A stretch of 64,000 nt of DNA. Origin: an uncultured Methanoregulaceae archaeon. Lineage in GTDB: Archaea; Halobacteriota; Methanomicrobia; Methanomicrobiales; Methanospirillaceae. Of the stretch, positions 32,098-41,567 are shown piece after piece (the stretch's first letter is position 1; each line of letters opens with the position of its first letter). The stretch covers positions 1,984,001 through 2,048,000 of the forward strand of contig CAVTTL010000001.1 of the NCBI GenBank assembly GCA_963737635.1, read 5' to 3'. The position numbers were made by a program, and so were the translations under genes. Below the pieces are notes generated by a model that worked only from the letters and a program-made list of their open reading frames with translations, did not search any database and was not told the DNA's origin.

Positions 32098-34320
32098 ATG
32101 TATACTGTCCTCTACGTCGACGATGAACCTGGTCTTCTTGAGATCGGAAAACTCTTTCTGGAACAGAACGGACAGTTCACGGTTGACGTCATTACCAATG
32201 CGCCCGCCGCCCTGTCTCTCCTGCAGTCAACAACCTACGATGCGATAATTTCCGATTACCTGATGCCGGACATGGACGGCATTGAATTTCTCAAACAGGT
32301 CAGAGGTTCCGGCAATACCATTCCGTTCATTCTCTTTACCGGCCGTGGCAGGGAGGAGATTGTCATCCAGGCCCTGAATGAAGGTGCCGATTTCTACCTT
32401 CAGAAAGGCGGGGAACCTGTCTCCCAGTTTACCGAGCTTGCGTACAAAGTTCAACGGGCAATACAACGAAAGAGAGCCGAGATAAGCATCCGTAACCATG
32501 AACGCCGGGAACAGGATATCATCAACTTCCTTCCCGATGCAACGATTGCCATTGACAAAAACGGAATCGTCATCGCGTGGAACCGGGCAATCGAAGAGAT
32601 GACCGGCATACCTGTTAGTCAGATGCTGGGGAAGGGGAATTACGAGTATGCACTCCCCTTCTACGGAGAACGCCGGCCGATCTTGATTGATCTGATCTTC
32701 GCACCTCCCGAAGAGATCAAAGAGAGATATTCACATATTGTCCGGACCGGCGCAATGCTTGCTGCTGAAACCACTCTCCCGCGCCTGGGGGGAGAGACAA
32801 AAACACTGTGGGGAAAGGCAAGCCCGCTGTACGACCAGAAGGGGGAGATTGTCGGAGCAATCGAGTCAATCCGGGACATTACCGAACGCAGGCGGGCGGA
32901 GGAGGCGTTGCGCGAAAGCGAGGAGAAATACCGGGCATTCTTTTCCACAACGCGGGATTGTGTTTTTATCACGTCAAAAGACGGCATCGTCGTCGACTTC
33001 AACGATGCAGCAGTCGGTGCCATAGGCTATGAAAGCAGGGAAGACCTTGCACGGGTCACGGTAAATGATCTCTATGCAAATCCTGAGGAACGGGAAGTGT
33101 TTGTCCGGACCGTATGCGGGCAGGGGTTCGTGAAAGATTATCCGATTGACCTGAAAAAAAAGGATGGGAGTATCCTTCGTACCGTGATTTCAGCCGTCGC
33201 GCGAAAGGATGCCGAGGGTAACCTTGTCGGGTTCCAGGGCATTATCCATGACATTACCGCACAGAAGCAGATTGAACGGGATCTCCGGTCCGCACAGGAA
33301 AAACTGACCGAAGCGCACCACCTTGCCCATATCGGCGTATGGGAGTGGTCGCTGGAGACGAATACCGGGATCTGCTCCGATGAACTCTGCAGGATCATGG
33401 GATGGGATACTGCGAAACCCGCACCCCCTCTCGCTGAACTTGCACGGTATTTTACTCCTGAAAGCTGGGATCACCTGCGGAATGCAGCCGAAAAGGTTTT
33501 AGCCACCGGAGAGCCCTACAACCTTGAACTGGAAGTGGTCCGGCCCGATGGCAGCAGGATATGGACCTCTGTCTTTGGGGGTGTTAAACGAGACAGTCAG
33601 GGAAAGATTGTCCAGATGCACGGCATCGTGCAGGATATCACCGGGCGTAAGATGATGGAAGACGCGATCAGGGAAGCGAACAGGAAACTCAACCTTCTTT
33701 CCGGCATCACCCGCCATGATATCCAGAACCAGCTTCTGACCCTCAGGAGTTATCTGGCCCTCTCCCGTAATCAGATCCAAGACCCGGTGGTTCTTGGATA
33801 CCAACAAAAAGAAGAGAAGATTCTAGAAACAATAGAGCACCAGATCGCATTCACCCGGGATTACCAGAATATGGGAATACGATCGGCGACATGGCAGAAC
33901 GTAAACGCAAGTGTCATGCGTGCAACCTCGCAGCTGCCTATGCGCGATGTCCGGGTACAGGTCGACCGGAAGGATTTCGAAATCCTTGCCGATCCGCTCT
34001 TCGAGAAGGTATTCTACAACCTCATCGATAATGCGCTCAGGTATGGAGGCGATCGGATGACCGCCATCCATGTATCAGCGCAGGAATCTGATGGCGGCAT
34101 AGTACTCATCTGCGAGGATGACGGGGCCGGTATCTCCCCGAAAGATAAAAAGCACCTTTTTACCAAAGGTTTTGGGAAAAATACCGGGTTCGGCCTGTTC
34201 CTGTGCCGCGAGATCCTGTCAATTACCGGTATTGCTATAGCTGAGAACGGCCTGACCGGAAAGGGCGCCCGGTTCGAAATGATCGTCCCAAAAGAAAAAT
34301 ATCGGTTTAGCTCCCGGTAG
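32098..34320 (+). CDS. Hybrid sensor: REC-PAS-PAS-PAS-histidine kinase
   Basis: VLYVDDEP..ISDYLMP..YLQKG receiver; three PAS/PAC domains; ITRHDIQNQ H-box; NLIDNALRYG, EDDGAGI, GFGLFL. Confidence 0.93.
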   Translation: MYTVLYVDDEPGLLEIGKLFLEQNGQFTVDVITNAPAALSLLQSTTYDAIISDYLMPDMDGIEFLKQVRGSGNTIPFILFTGRGREEIVIQALNEGADFYLQKGGEPVSQFTELAYKVQRAIQRKRAEISIRNHERREQDIINFLPDATIAIDKNGIVIAWNRAIEEMTGIPVSQMLGKGNYEYALPFYGERRPILIDLIFAPPEEIKERYSHIVRTGAMLAAETTLPRLGGETKTLWGKASPLYDQKGEIVGAIESIRDITERRRAEEALRESEEKYRAFFSTTRDCVFITSKDGIVVDFNDAAVGAIGYESREDLARVTVNDLYANPEEREVFVRTVCGQGFVKDYPIDLKKKDGSILRTVISAVARKDAEGNLVGFQGIIHDITAQKQIERDLRSAQEKLTEAHHLAHIGVWEWSLETNTGICSDELCRIMGWDTAKPAPPLAELARYFTPESWDHLRNAAEKVLATGEPYNLELEVVRPDGSRIWTSVFGGVKRDSQGKIVQMHGIVQDITGRKMMEDAIREANRKLNLLSGITRHDIQNQLLTLRSYLALSRNQIQDPVVLGYQQKEEKILETIEHQIAFTRDYQNMGIRSATWQNVNASVMRATSQLPMRDVRVQVDRKDFEILADPLFEKVFYNLIDNALRYGGDRMTAIHVSAQESDGGIVLICEDDGAGISPKDKKHLFTKGFGKNTGFGLFLCREILSITGIAIAENGLTGKGARFEMIVPKEKYRFSSR

Positions 34321-34375
34321 TACGGAGCGGCAGAACCTCACGCTCTGACACAGAATCCCTTCTGTCTTGGTACAG

Positions 34376-34894
34376 TCAGGTTTTTTTCCCTGCGTTTCGC
34401 ATCAGGACAAGCAGGCCGGTGAGGATCTGGAGTGGAGTGGGGGGGGTTCCGGGGATCTTGAGATCAACCGGTAGGATTTTGTCTGCCCCGCCAAGGACCG
34501 CGTACGTCCCGGTATAGATCCCGCCATTGCAGGCATCATCCCCGACAGCTACAACGAATTTGGGAGACGGCATCGCATCGTAAGTCTTTTTTACGGCGGT
34601 AGCCATATTGTGCGTGATCGCGCCGGTCACGATTAAGACATCGGCATGCCGGGGTGAAGCAACGAACGTGATGCCAAACCGCTCTACATCGTAGAATGCA
34701 TTGCTGAGATTATTTACTTCGATCTCGGCAGCATTGTCGCTGCCAGCATCCAGTTCACGGACGGCAAGGCTCCGCCCGAACCGCGTATCGATCTCCTGTT
34801 TTATCTCGCGGCCGAGTCTTTCCATTTCATCTTCCGGTAACGGAAGCGAACCGGTCACTTTCTTTTTTATCAGACAGGAAAATGCATTGACCAT
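34376..34894 (-). CDS. ehrS: NuoB/HyfI-like small subunit (EhrS) with the Fe-S ligands substituted
   Basis: YDVERFGITFVASPRHADVLIVTG, PKFVVAVG, PVDLKIPG identify the family; the cysteine motifs read GSDNAAE, GDDAC and IPGTPP. Confidence 0.9.
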   Translation of the reverse strand: MVNAFSCLIKKKVTGSLPLPEDEMERLGREIKQEIDTRFGRSLAVRELDAGSDNAAEIEVNNLSNAFYDVERFGITFVASPRHADVLIVTGAITHNMATAVKKTYDAMPSPKFVVAVGDDACNGGIYTGTYAVLGGADKILPVDLKIPGTPPTPLQILTGLLVLMRNAGKKT

Positions 34895-34905
34895 CGCGTT
34901 TCACC

Positions 34906-36498
34906 TCATAGGTCTGTCCCGGCGTACGACAGATTCAGGCTCTTGTTGATAACCGGGAAATCGGCAATGATATTGCCGGGTACTGCATGCTCAAGGGTGA
35001 GCCAGTTGCAGTATGAAGCTGTTCTCACCTTGTAACGGCTGATTTTTCCACCCTGTACCTCCACCCAGCAGAGGTTCTGCCCCCGCGGGGACTCTACAAG
35101 CGCGAGCGCACAGCCATCTCGGACAGGTTCGTCGCTGCACATCTGCCCGTCAGGGATAGCGGCGATAACCTGTTCGATCAAGTCGAGTGCATCTAGGATC
35201 TCCGCTGCTTTTACCGTGAACCTGGCAAGGACATCGCCATCGGCCAGGGGCATGAGCGTAGGAACGAAGCGGTCATAAATCCCGTACGGATGGTCCACCC
35301 GAACATCCATCTCGCCACCGGAAGCACGAGCAACCGGGCCGGTGATATTGAGGGGGGCAAGCAGCGGTTTTTTGATGATCCCGGTCTGCGCGAACCGGTC
35401 GATCACCGAGGTTGTCGAGAGCACGATGGAAAGCCCGGTCCTGAACTGTTTTTTGAACCGTCTAAGATAATTCTTAAAACCGGTTAGGGTTACGGCCGGG
35501 ATATCCCGCGTGACCCCGCCCGGACAGATCATTCCCCGTAGGAACCGGGAGCCGGAAAGCTTCGCGTTCTCGCGCAACATCTCCTCGCGCAACACGGCAA
35601 ACTGGCTGGCACCAAGAGCAAATGCGACGTCGGTCAGCATGCCTGCCAGATCGCCGAGGTGGGAACAGATCCTTTCGGACTCGCAGAGGACCGTCCGGAT
35701 GTGCCAAGCGCGTTCAGGCACGGTGATCCCGGAGAGTCGTTCGACTGCCATGCAAAACCCCGTCGCATTTGCCGCTGATTCGTCTCCGCTGACCGCTTCT
35801 GCGATCTTCGTGCAGTCCATTGGAGCCTTCCCTTCTGCCAGTTTCTCGATCCCCCGGTGAGTATAGAACAGGCGGACCTCGAGGTTGAAGACCGTCTCCC
35901 CGATCACGCTGAACCGGAAGTGACCGGGCTCGATGATGCCGGCATGGACCGGCCCGACCGGGACCTGATAGACGCCGTCGCCGCTCACGTTCCGGAACTG
36001 GTAGAAATCAGACGCGTTGATCGTTTTTACCGGGGTAACTGGCGCATTGGCGCATCCCTTTTCCAGCGGGTGAAACATATCAGGATATTCCTCATGCAGG
36101 ACGAGTCGCCGGGTGTCAAACGCGCCGTCGAATTCGATCCCGAACATGTCCCGGCATTCCCGTTCCGGCCATGTAGCCGAAGGAAAGACCGCGGCAATGG
36201 AGGTCGCCTGTTTTCCGGTAATATTCCGGACAAGGACGAGGATGCTGTCGTGGTGTTCGAAAACATACCGGAGCACATGCTCTTCGCCGCCAGTACCTTC
36301 AGAACAAAACAATCCGATCAGGACCCATTTCTGTGCAGTAAGAATGGGGATGGCTTGGCCAAATTCCTGTTTATTGACGTTGACGGAATACTCCCCGCTG
36401 CATCCATACGTAATCCGGGCTGGCGTAGCGGCACTACCAAAAATTTCCCGGACTGCTGCAGTGGCGGCATCTTCCCCGGTGATTTCAGTCTGGGTCAT
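34906..36498 (-). CDS. ehrL: NuoCD/HyfG-like large subunit lacking NiFe motifs (EhrL)
   Basis: ERECRDMFG, GPVHAGIIEPGHFRF, YTHRGIEK, VESPRG, IIADFPVINKSLNLSYAGTDL; no RxCxxC or DPCxxC. Confidence 0.92.
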   Translation of the reverse strand: MTQTEITGEDAATAAVREIFGSAATPARITYGCSGEYSVNVNKQEFGQAIPILTAQKWVLIGLFCSEGTGGEEHVLRYVFEHHDSILVLVRNITGKQATSIAAVFPSATWPERECRDMFGIEFDGAFDTRRLVLHEEYPDMFHPLEKGCANAPVTPVKTINASDFYQFRNVSGDGVYQVPVGPVHAGIIEPGHFRFSVIGETVFNLEVRLFYTHRGIEKLAEGKAPMDCTKIAEAVSGDESAANATGFCMAVERLSGITVPERAWHIRTVLCESERICSHLGDLAGMLTDVAFALGASQFAVLREEMLRENAKLSGSRFLRGMICPGGVTRDIPAVTLTGFKNYLRRFKKQFRTGLSIVLSTTSVIDRFAQTGIIKKPLLAPLNITGPVARASGGEMDVRVDHPYGIYDRFVPTLMPLADGDVLARFTVKAAEILDALDLIEQVIAAIPDGQMCSDEPVRDGCALALVESPRGQNLCWVEVQGGKISRYKVRTASYCNWLTLEHAVPGNIIADFPVINKSLNLSYAGTDL

Positions 36499-37979
36499 CA
36501 GAACCTCAACTCCGTAACTATCTGGGAGAGAAAAGCAGATCCTCCGGCAGGGAACATAAGCCCGAGTACAAGAACGAGGGCAAGCAGGATCACAATCGGG
36601 ATCTGCATGGAGAGCGGTGTCCGGTAAGGAACTAGTTCAGGGTTTTCGTCCGGTGGTGTGGTGCGGGTAAACATGCTGATAACGAAGTTCCCGAGGGCGG
36701 CAGCGGCTATCAAGATGAGGATGAGGACAACCGTAAGCACCCAGAGTGAAAGCGATCCGAGAGAGAGCAGGATGAGGAATTTTGAGAAAAAGGCCATAAA
36801 GGGTGGCATACCGATGATCGCGAGCCCTCCGAGGATGATCCCCCATGCCGCGAACGGCTGGAACCGGAACACGTCGTGGATGTCATCAGGGGCATCGGCA
36901 GAAATATGACTCCGGTATTGCCGGTGCAGGATACCGGCTGAGAAGAAGAGCGAGGCTTTCGTGAGGGCGTGCGCGATAACCTGGAAAAGTACCCAGAAGA
37001 TCGCAACCGGTGTAGCGACAGCAATGCCAACCAGGATGATACCCATGTTCTCGATACTTGAAAATGCGATTAGTTTCTTGAGATTCTTTTCAGGCAGCAT
37101 GGAGAACGCGGCAATGGCAATCGAGAAGATGCCAAAGAGCAGGATTGCCGGGGCAACTACGGCCGAAGCATCAGTCTGGTGGACAATGGCAAATACCCGG
37201 ATTATACCGTAGATCCCTATGTTCAGGAGCACTCCTGAGAGGACTGCACTCACCGCAGAGGGCGCCTTGGCATGGGCCTCGGGAAGCCATGTATGGAACG
37301 GGAAGATGCCGGACTTTGCGGCAAACCCGATAAAGATGAACATAAAGGCGGCGATCATCATTACAGGGGGGAATGCAGAGGCATGCTGCATCAGGGCTGT
37401 CCAGTTGAGGGTACCGTCGCCAAGCGTGGAACGAGAGATTTCAAAGAGGAAGATAAGCCCGACAAAGGCGAAGATCATAGCCACCGATGCAACGAAGATG
37501 TACTTGAGCGCCGCGTCGATATTCTCCTTCGCCGAGAGTATCGCGATAAGCATCGCCGATATGATCGTTGTCATCTCAGCAAAGATCCAGAAGAGCGCCA
37601 GATTGTCCGAGAAAAAAGCAAGAACAATGACCAGTTCGAGCAGGCACCACGCGGCATAGAAGAGCTTCAGGCTCCCCTGTTCCAGCTCCCTGTTTGCAAG
37701 CAGATTGCTGATATAGCCCCGGGCATACACGGCAGCGAGTAAGAAAATGAAGGTTGCAACCAGCACTTCCAAGAGGCCGAGGTGGTCGATGAAAAAGTAC
37801 CCGCTGCCTACAATGAAAGTGTTGACAGGGATTTGCACGAACAGGAGAATGTACAGGGTGATCGCTAAGTAAATGATCCCCTGCCCGGCGGCGGCCGCAT
37901 TCATCTGCTGGTTTGTGTGGCTGAGGGCGACAAGAATGATCGCAACGAGGGCGCAGGCCACAAAGGCGATGAGAATCAT
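36498..37979 (-). CDS. hyfF: Antiporter-like membrane subunit (HyfF/EhrD, MrpD/NuoN-like)
   Basis: FWIFAEMTT, AALKY, KSGIFPFHTWLPEAHAKAP, AFSSIEN, FFSKF. Confidence 0.9.
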   Translation of the reverse strand: MILIAFVACALVAIILVALSHTNQQMNAAAAGQGIIYLAITLYILLFVQIPVNTFIVGSGYFFIDHLGLLEVLVATFIFLLAAVYARGYISNLLANRELEQGSLKLFYAAWCLLELVIVLAFFSDNLALFWIFAEMTTIISAMLIAILSAKENIDAALKYIFVASVAMIFAFVGLIFLFEISRSTLGDGTLNWTALMQHASAFPPVMMIAAFMFIFIGFAAKSGIFPFHTWLPEAHAKAPSAVSAVLSGVLLNIGIYGIIRVFAIVHQTDASAVVAPAILLFGIFSIAIAAFSMLPEKNLKKLIAFSSIENMGIILVGIAVATPVAIFWVLFQVIAHALTKASLFFSAGILHRQYRSHISADAPDDIHDVFRFQPFAAWGIILGGLAIIGMPPFMAFFSKFLILLSLGSLSLWVLTVVLILILIAAAALGNFVISMFTRTTPPDENPELVPYRTPLSMQIPIVILLALVLVLGLMFPAGGSAFLSQIVTELRF

Positions 37980-38668
37980 GGGGACACCTCCTGCTCTTCC
38001 CAGAGGTAGAACCGGTGGAGCCGGTTATGGTACTCCTCGAGCGTCGAATCAATCCCGACGGTAAGGATGGTCGTCAGGATGATAAGGATGACCAGATCGA
38101 TGACGATCAGGAACTCGATGATGAACGGGAGCTCGGTTACAAAGATGCCAAAGAGGAGGACGCCGTTTTCCATCGAGAGGTATCCCAGCACTTTCGTGAT
38201 CGCCCTTTTCCGTGAGAAGGTCACCATCATGCCCATCAGGACAAGAGAGACCCCAATCACCGCCCCAAAGAAAAAGAGGCTTCCGTTTATCGTTGTATCC
38301 GGGATGATACGGGAGAGGGTGATGTAGACGACGATCATTAGCGCAAGCGAGATCAGAAGCGAACTCGTCGGGCTGAGGAAATGGAAGTCGATATCGCGTT
38401 TTATCCGGATCTTCTCCTGGATGGTCGCAATGAAGTACGGTATCAGGCACACTTTGAAGACCAGCGTGAGGATCGCAATGGCAAGGAGGATCGGCTCATT
38501 CTCGTACCACGCGACGCCAAGAGCGATAATAACGAGAGTAAGCGACTGGAGCGCGTAGACCCTGACCAGACTGATGAGGTTCTTTGTTGTGATGATATAC
38601 GCCGACGTAACGATCACGCAGACGAACAGGATCTTGACGATCCCATCAAAAAATGCAGGGTCGATCAT
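37976..38668 (-). CDS. hyfE: HyfE/EhrC membrane subunit
   Basis: YALQSL, FKVCLIP, VLGYLSMENGV, PFIIE; position in the operon. Confidence 0.88.
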   Translation of the reverse strand: MIDPAFFDGIVKILFVCVIVTSAYIITTKNLISLVRVYALQSLTLVIIALGVAWYENEPILLAIAILTLVFKVCLIPYFIATIQEKIRIKRDIDFHFLSPTSSLLISLALMIVVYITLSRIIPDTTINGSLFFFGAVIGVSLVLMGMMVTFSRKRAITKVLGYLSMENGVLLFGIFVTELPFIIEFLIVIDLVILIILTTILTVGIDSTLEEYHNRLHRFYLWEEQEVSP

Positions 38669-39606
38669 GCGAACACCTCGATGATGATGATAAGGGTAGA
38701 GAAGAAGAACGCCATCATAAAGAGGCTTGGCAGCCGGAAGAACCGCATCTTTGCCATGGATGACTCAAAGAGCCCCATCACAAGGGCAAGAAGGGCAGCT
38801 TTTCCGATAAAGAGAACAAAGGCGGCGGCAATAGTGGCAGGAGTGAGTGTGGTGGCGATCCCCCATGGGATGATAAGGTTGATGAGCAGTCCCATCAGGA
38901 TTACCTGTTTTATGGCAGACGAGAGTTCGAGGAGTGCAAGATTCCGGCCCGATTGTTCGAGGATCATGCCTTCGTGGATCATGGTCAGCTCGAGATGGGT
39001 CTCCGGGTTATCGACCGGGATGCGTGCGGTCTCAACGATCAGGATAATAAAAAGAGAGATTCCAAGCAATATCAGTACCGGGGTCACCGGGGTACCGGTT
39101 GTAGCCGCCACCGTGGCCATATCGATGATATTGAGGGATTTAAAGACAAATGCGAGTGCGGCAAAGACAATAATCGTAGTTGGTTCGATGACCGCCGCGA
39201 TGCTCATCTCCCGGGAGCTGCCCATACCGCCGAATGTGCTCCCTGCATCGAGGCCGCCCAGCGCCATGAAGAACCGGGCGAGCACCAGCAGGTACAAGAA
39301 GAGGATAATATTTCCGATGCCTCCAGCCGGCTCCGTGACATAGACGAGCGGGACAAAGAGCGAGGCAGTAAGGATGGCAGCGATGCAGACCCACGGTGTA
39401 ATCCTTGTGATCCGGGATGCATTGGGGGAATAGATCACTTCCTTTTTGAGGAGCTTCGCGAGCGTGTAATAGGTCTGGAAAATCGATGGCCCCTGCCGCC
39501 CCTGTGTCCACGCTTTGACCTTCTTTACCAGGCTCACGAAGAGCGGCGCAATAAGAACGACACTGACGGTGTTGATGATACCGTACAGCAGGAACTCCGG
39601 GATCAT
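38665..39606 (-). CDS. hyfC: NuoH-like membrane subunit (HyfC/EhrB)
   Basis: QGRQGPSIFQTY..LAKLLKKE, GGMGSSRE, ETARIPVDNPETHLELTMIHE. Confidence 0.92.
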   Translation of the reverse strand: MIPEFLLYGIINTVSVVLIAPLFVSLVKKVKAWTQGRQGPSIFQTYYTLAKLLKKEVIYSPNASRITRITPWVCIAAILTASLFVPLVYVTEPAGGIGNIILFLYLLVLARFFMALGGLDAGSTFGGMGSSREMSIAAVIEPTTIIVFAALAFVFKSLNIIDMATVAATTGTPVTPVLILLGISLFIILIVETARIPVDNPETHLELTMIHEGMILEQSGRNLALLELSSAIKQVILMGLLINLIIPWGIATTLTPATIAAAFVLFIGKAALLALVMGLFESSMAKMRFFRLPSLFMMAFFFSTLIIIIEVFA

Positions 39607-41552
39607 GCGAGTACCCCCAGGAAGAGGATGACGGCGACCACGGCAAGGAAGACATACAGAAGGTAGGTGTCAAGGCACCCGTTCTGCATGCGGGCAACCA
39701 AACCGGCAGCACGGCACGTTCCCCGTGCAACCGGGAGGTAGAGGTACTCCTCGAAGAACTTTACCAGCCGGATCTCTGCTGTTCCCTCAGCAAAGATGCA
39801 TTCGTGCTGGTCGTAGTATGTTTTGGTGCTCGTCTTTTTGGTCCGGTAGATGGAAGAAAAGATTGTAACAATCGGCTCCGAGAACCCGTGTCCGGTATAC
39901 TCGGTCGAGGAGGGCAGCGACCGCGCACCGCATCCCCAGGTTTCGCTGATCCTGACCTCGTGGGATGCGGTAAAATACAGGACAACGTACGTGAGCGCTG
40001 CCATGAAAAGGAGCAGCATGCTCACGAGAAGAAGGTCGGGGATGGGAAGCACATAGCCGAACGCGGTGAGGATCTGGTACGAGAAGACCCCCAGAATGAC
40101 ACACGCGGCGGCAAGGATGGCCGGGCCGGCAAGCATCGAAAGGCCGACCTCGTGGGCTTCCTCACACTCCGGTGACCGCGACCGGGCGAGGAAGATGGAG
40201 CCAAAGGCCTTCACAAAGCAGGCAGCAGAAAGGGCACTGGTGAGCGCAAAGAGGGCAAGACAGATGAACAGGAGTATTTTTATGAGTGGGTCGACCATGG
40301 AGACGGACTCAAAGAACGCCGTGTAGACCAGCAGTTCGCTGGCAAAACCGTTGAGCGGCGGGAGCGCGGCAATGGCAGCAGCTCCGGTAAAAAAGAGGGC
40401 GGAGGTAACGGGCATCTTGCCGGAAAGGCCGCCCATCTTCTCGATGTCGCGGGTGTGTGTGGCGTGCACTACTGAGCCGGCCGTGAGGAAGAGGAGGCTT
40501 TTGAAGAGCGCATGGTTGAGAGAGTGGAAGAGCGCGGCAAGCAGGCTGATGGTTGCAAGCAGGGGAAGTCCCGCGCAGGAGAAGATTACATACAGACCAA
40601 TGCCCACAAAGATGATGCCGATATTCTCGATGCTTGAGTACGCAAGGAGCCCCTTGATGTCGTCTTCCTTGATTGCGTAGATCACGCCGAGCACAGCCGA
40701 CGCAATACCGGCGATAAGGATCAGGACACCCCACCAGAGATCCGGCGAGAACACCGTGATAATAAACCGGAGGAGACCATAGACGGCGACCTTGAGCATC
40801 ACGCCGGACATGAGCGCCGAGACGGGCGTGGGACTTGCCGGATGGGCGTACGGGAGCCACTTGTGAAACGGAATGATCCCGGCCTTGATGGCAAAGCCGA
40901 TAAAAAGCGAGAGAAACGCGACCGTGACCAGAGGCATCGACACAGCGGGAAGATGCACCGGGGCGATCGCAAACGAACCGGAAGCGACAAAAAGGGCAAT
41001 GATCCCGAGCATTACAAAGAGGGTCGAGAGCTGGGTCATCACGAAATAGAAGATCCCGGCTTTCCGTGTCTCGGCGTGTGTATACTCGTACATCACGAGG
41101 AAAAAGGAGACCACTGCCATAAGCTCCCAGAACACGAGAAACGAGATCGTGTTTTCCGAGGCAACCACAAGCACCATGGCGAGCACGAAGAGACCGATGC
41201 AGCCGCAGAGAAGGTTGCGACGGCTCCCGCCCTCCATATGCTCAACGTACCCGGTGCTGTAGACCGCGACACAGGCTGCAACGATCCCTATGAGGAACAG
41301 GAAGAACGCGGCGAGCCGGTCGATAAAAAATGCTACCGCGATCCCCGGGAAGGGCTGCCAGGCGGTAAAAGCAAGAGACGTGCCGGTGACCAGGATAATG
41401 AGCGAGAGCACCGTAAGAAGCGCCGAGGCAGCCGCAATACAGGCAAGCGAGAGAGTGCGTGAGGTCCGGCTGTCCCGCGTCGCTCCCAAAAGGGCGATGA
41501 CCGCGCCGGCAAGGAAAAAGATGACGACAATCCCAAAGATCAGGCCGAGCAT
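39603..41552 (-). CDS. hyfB: Antiporter-like membrane subunit (HyfB/EhrA, MrpA/NuoL-like)
   Basis: FWELM, KAGIIPFHKWLPYAHP, GVMLK, LAYSSIEN, NHALFK, LPPLNGFASE, WGCG. Confidence 0.92.
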   Translation of the reverse strand: MLGLIFGIVVIFFLAGAVIALLGATRDSRTSRTLSLACIAAASALLTVLSLIILVTGTSLAFTAWQPFPGIAVAFFIDRLAAFFLFLIGIVAACVAVYSTGYVEHMEGGSRRNLLCGCIGLFVLAMVLVVASENTISFLVFWELMAVVSFFLVMYEYTHAETRKAGIFYFVMTQLSTLFVMLGIIALFVASGSFAIAPVHLPAVSMPLVTVAFLSLFIGFAIKAGIIPFHKWLPYAHPASPTPVSALMSGVMLKVAVYGLLRFIITVFSPDLWWGVLILIAGIASAVLGVIYAIKEDDIKGLLAYSSIENIGIIFVGIGLYVIFSCAGLPLLATISLLAALFHSLNHALFKSLLFLTAGSVVHATHTRDIEKMGGLSGKMPVTSALFFTGAAAIAALPPLNGFASELLVYTAFFESVSMVDPLIKILLFICLALFALTSALSAACFVKAFGSIFLARSRSPECEEAHEVGLSMLAGPAILAAACVILGVFSYQILTAFGYVLPIPDLLLVSMLLLFMAALTYVVLYFTASHEVRISETWGCGARSLPSSTEYTGHGFSEPIVTIFSSIYRTKKTSTKTYYDQHECIFAEGTAEIRLVKFFEEYLYLPVARGTCRAAGLVARMQNGCLDTYLLYVFLAVVAVILFLGVLA

Positions 41553-41567
41553 GAAGGCACATCCCCG

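Noticed and set aside
3388-34320. Similarity between the two histidine kinase C-termini as a recent duplication or mobile repeat
   Set aside because: The similarity is at the level expected for the expanded paralogous kinase family of these methanogens, not near-identity.
34376-41552. Calling the operon a functional [NiFe] hydrogenase-4 / formate hydrogenlyase
   Set aside because: Both NiFe CxxC motifs are absent, and there are no maturation, ferredoxin or formate dehydrogenase genes in the operon.
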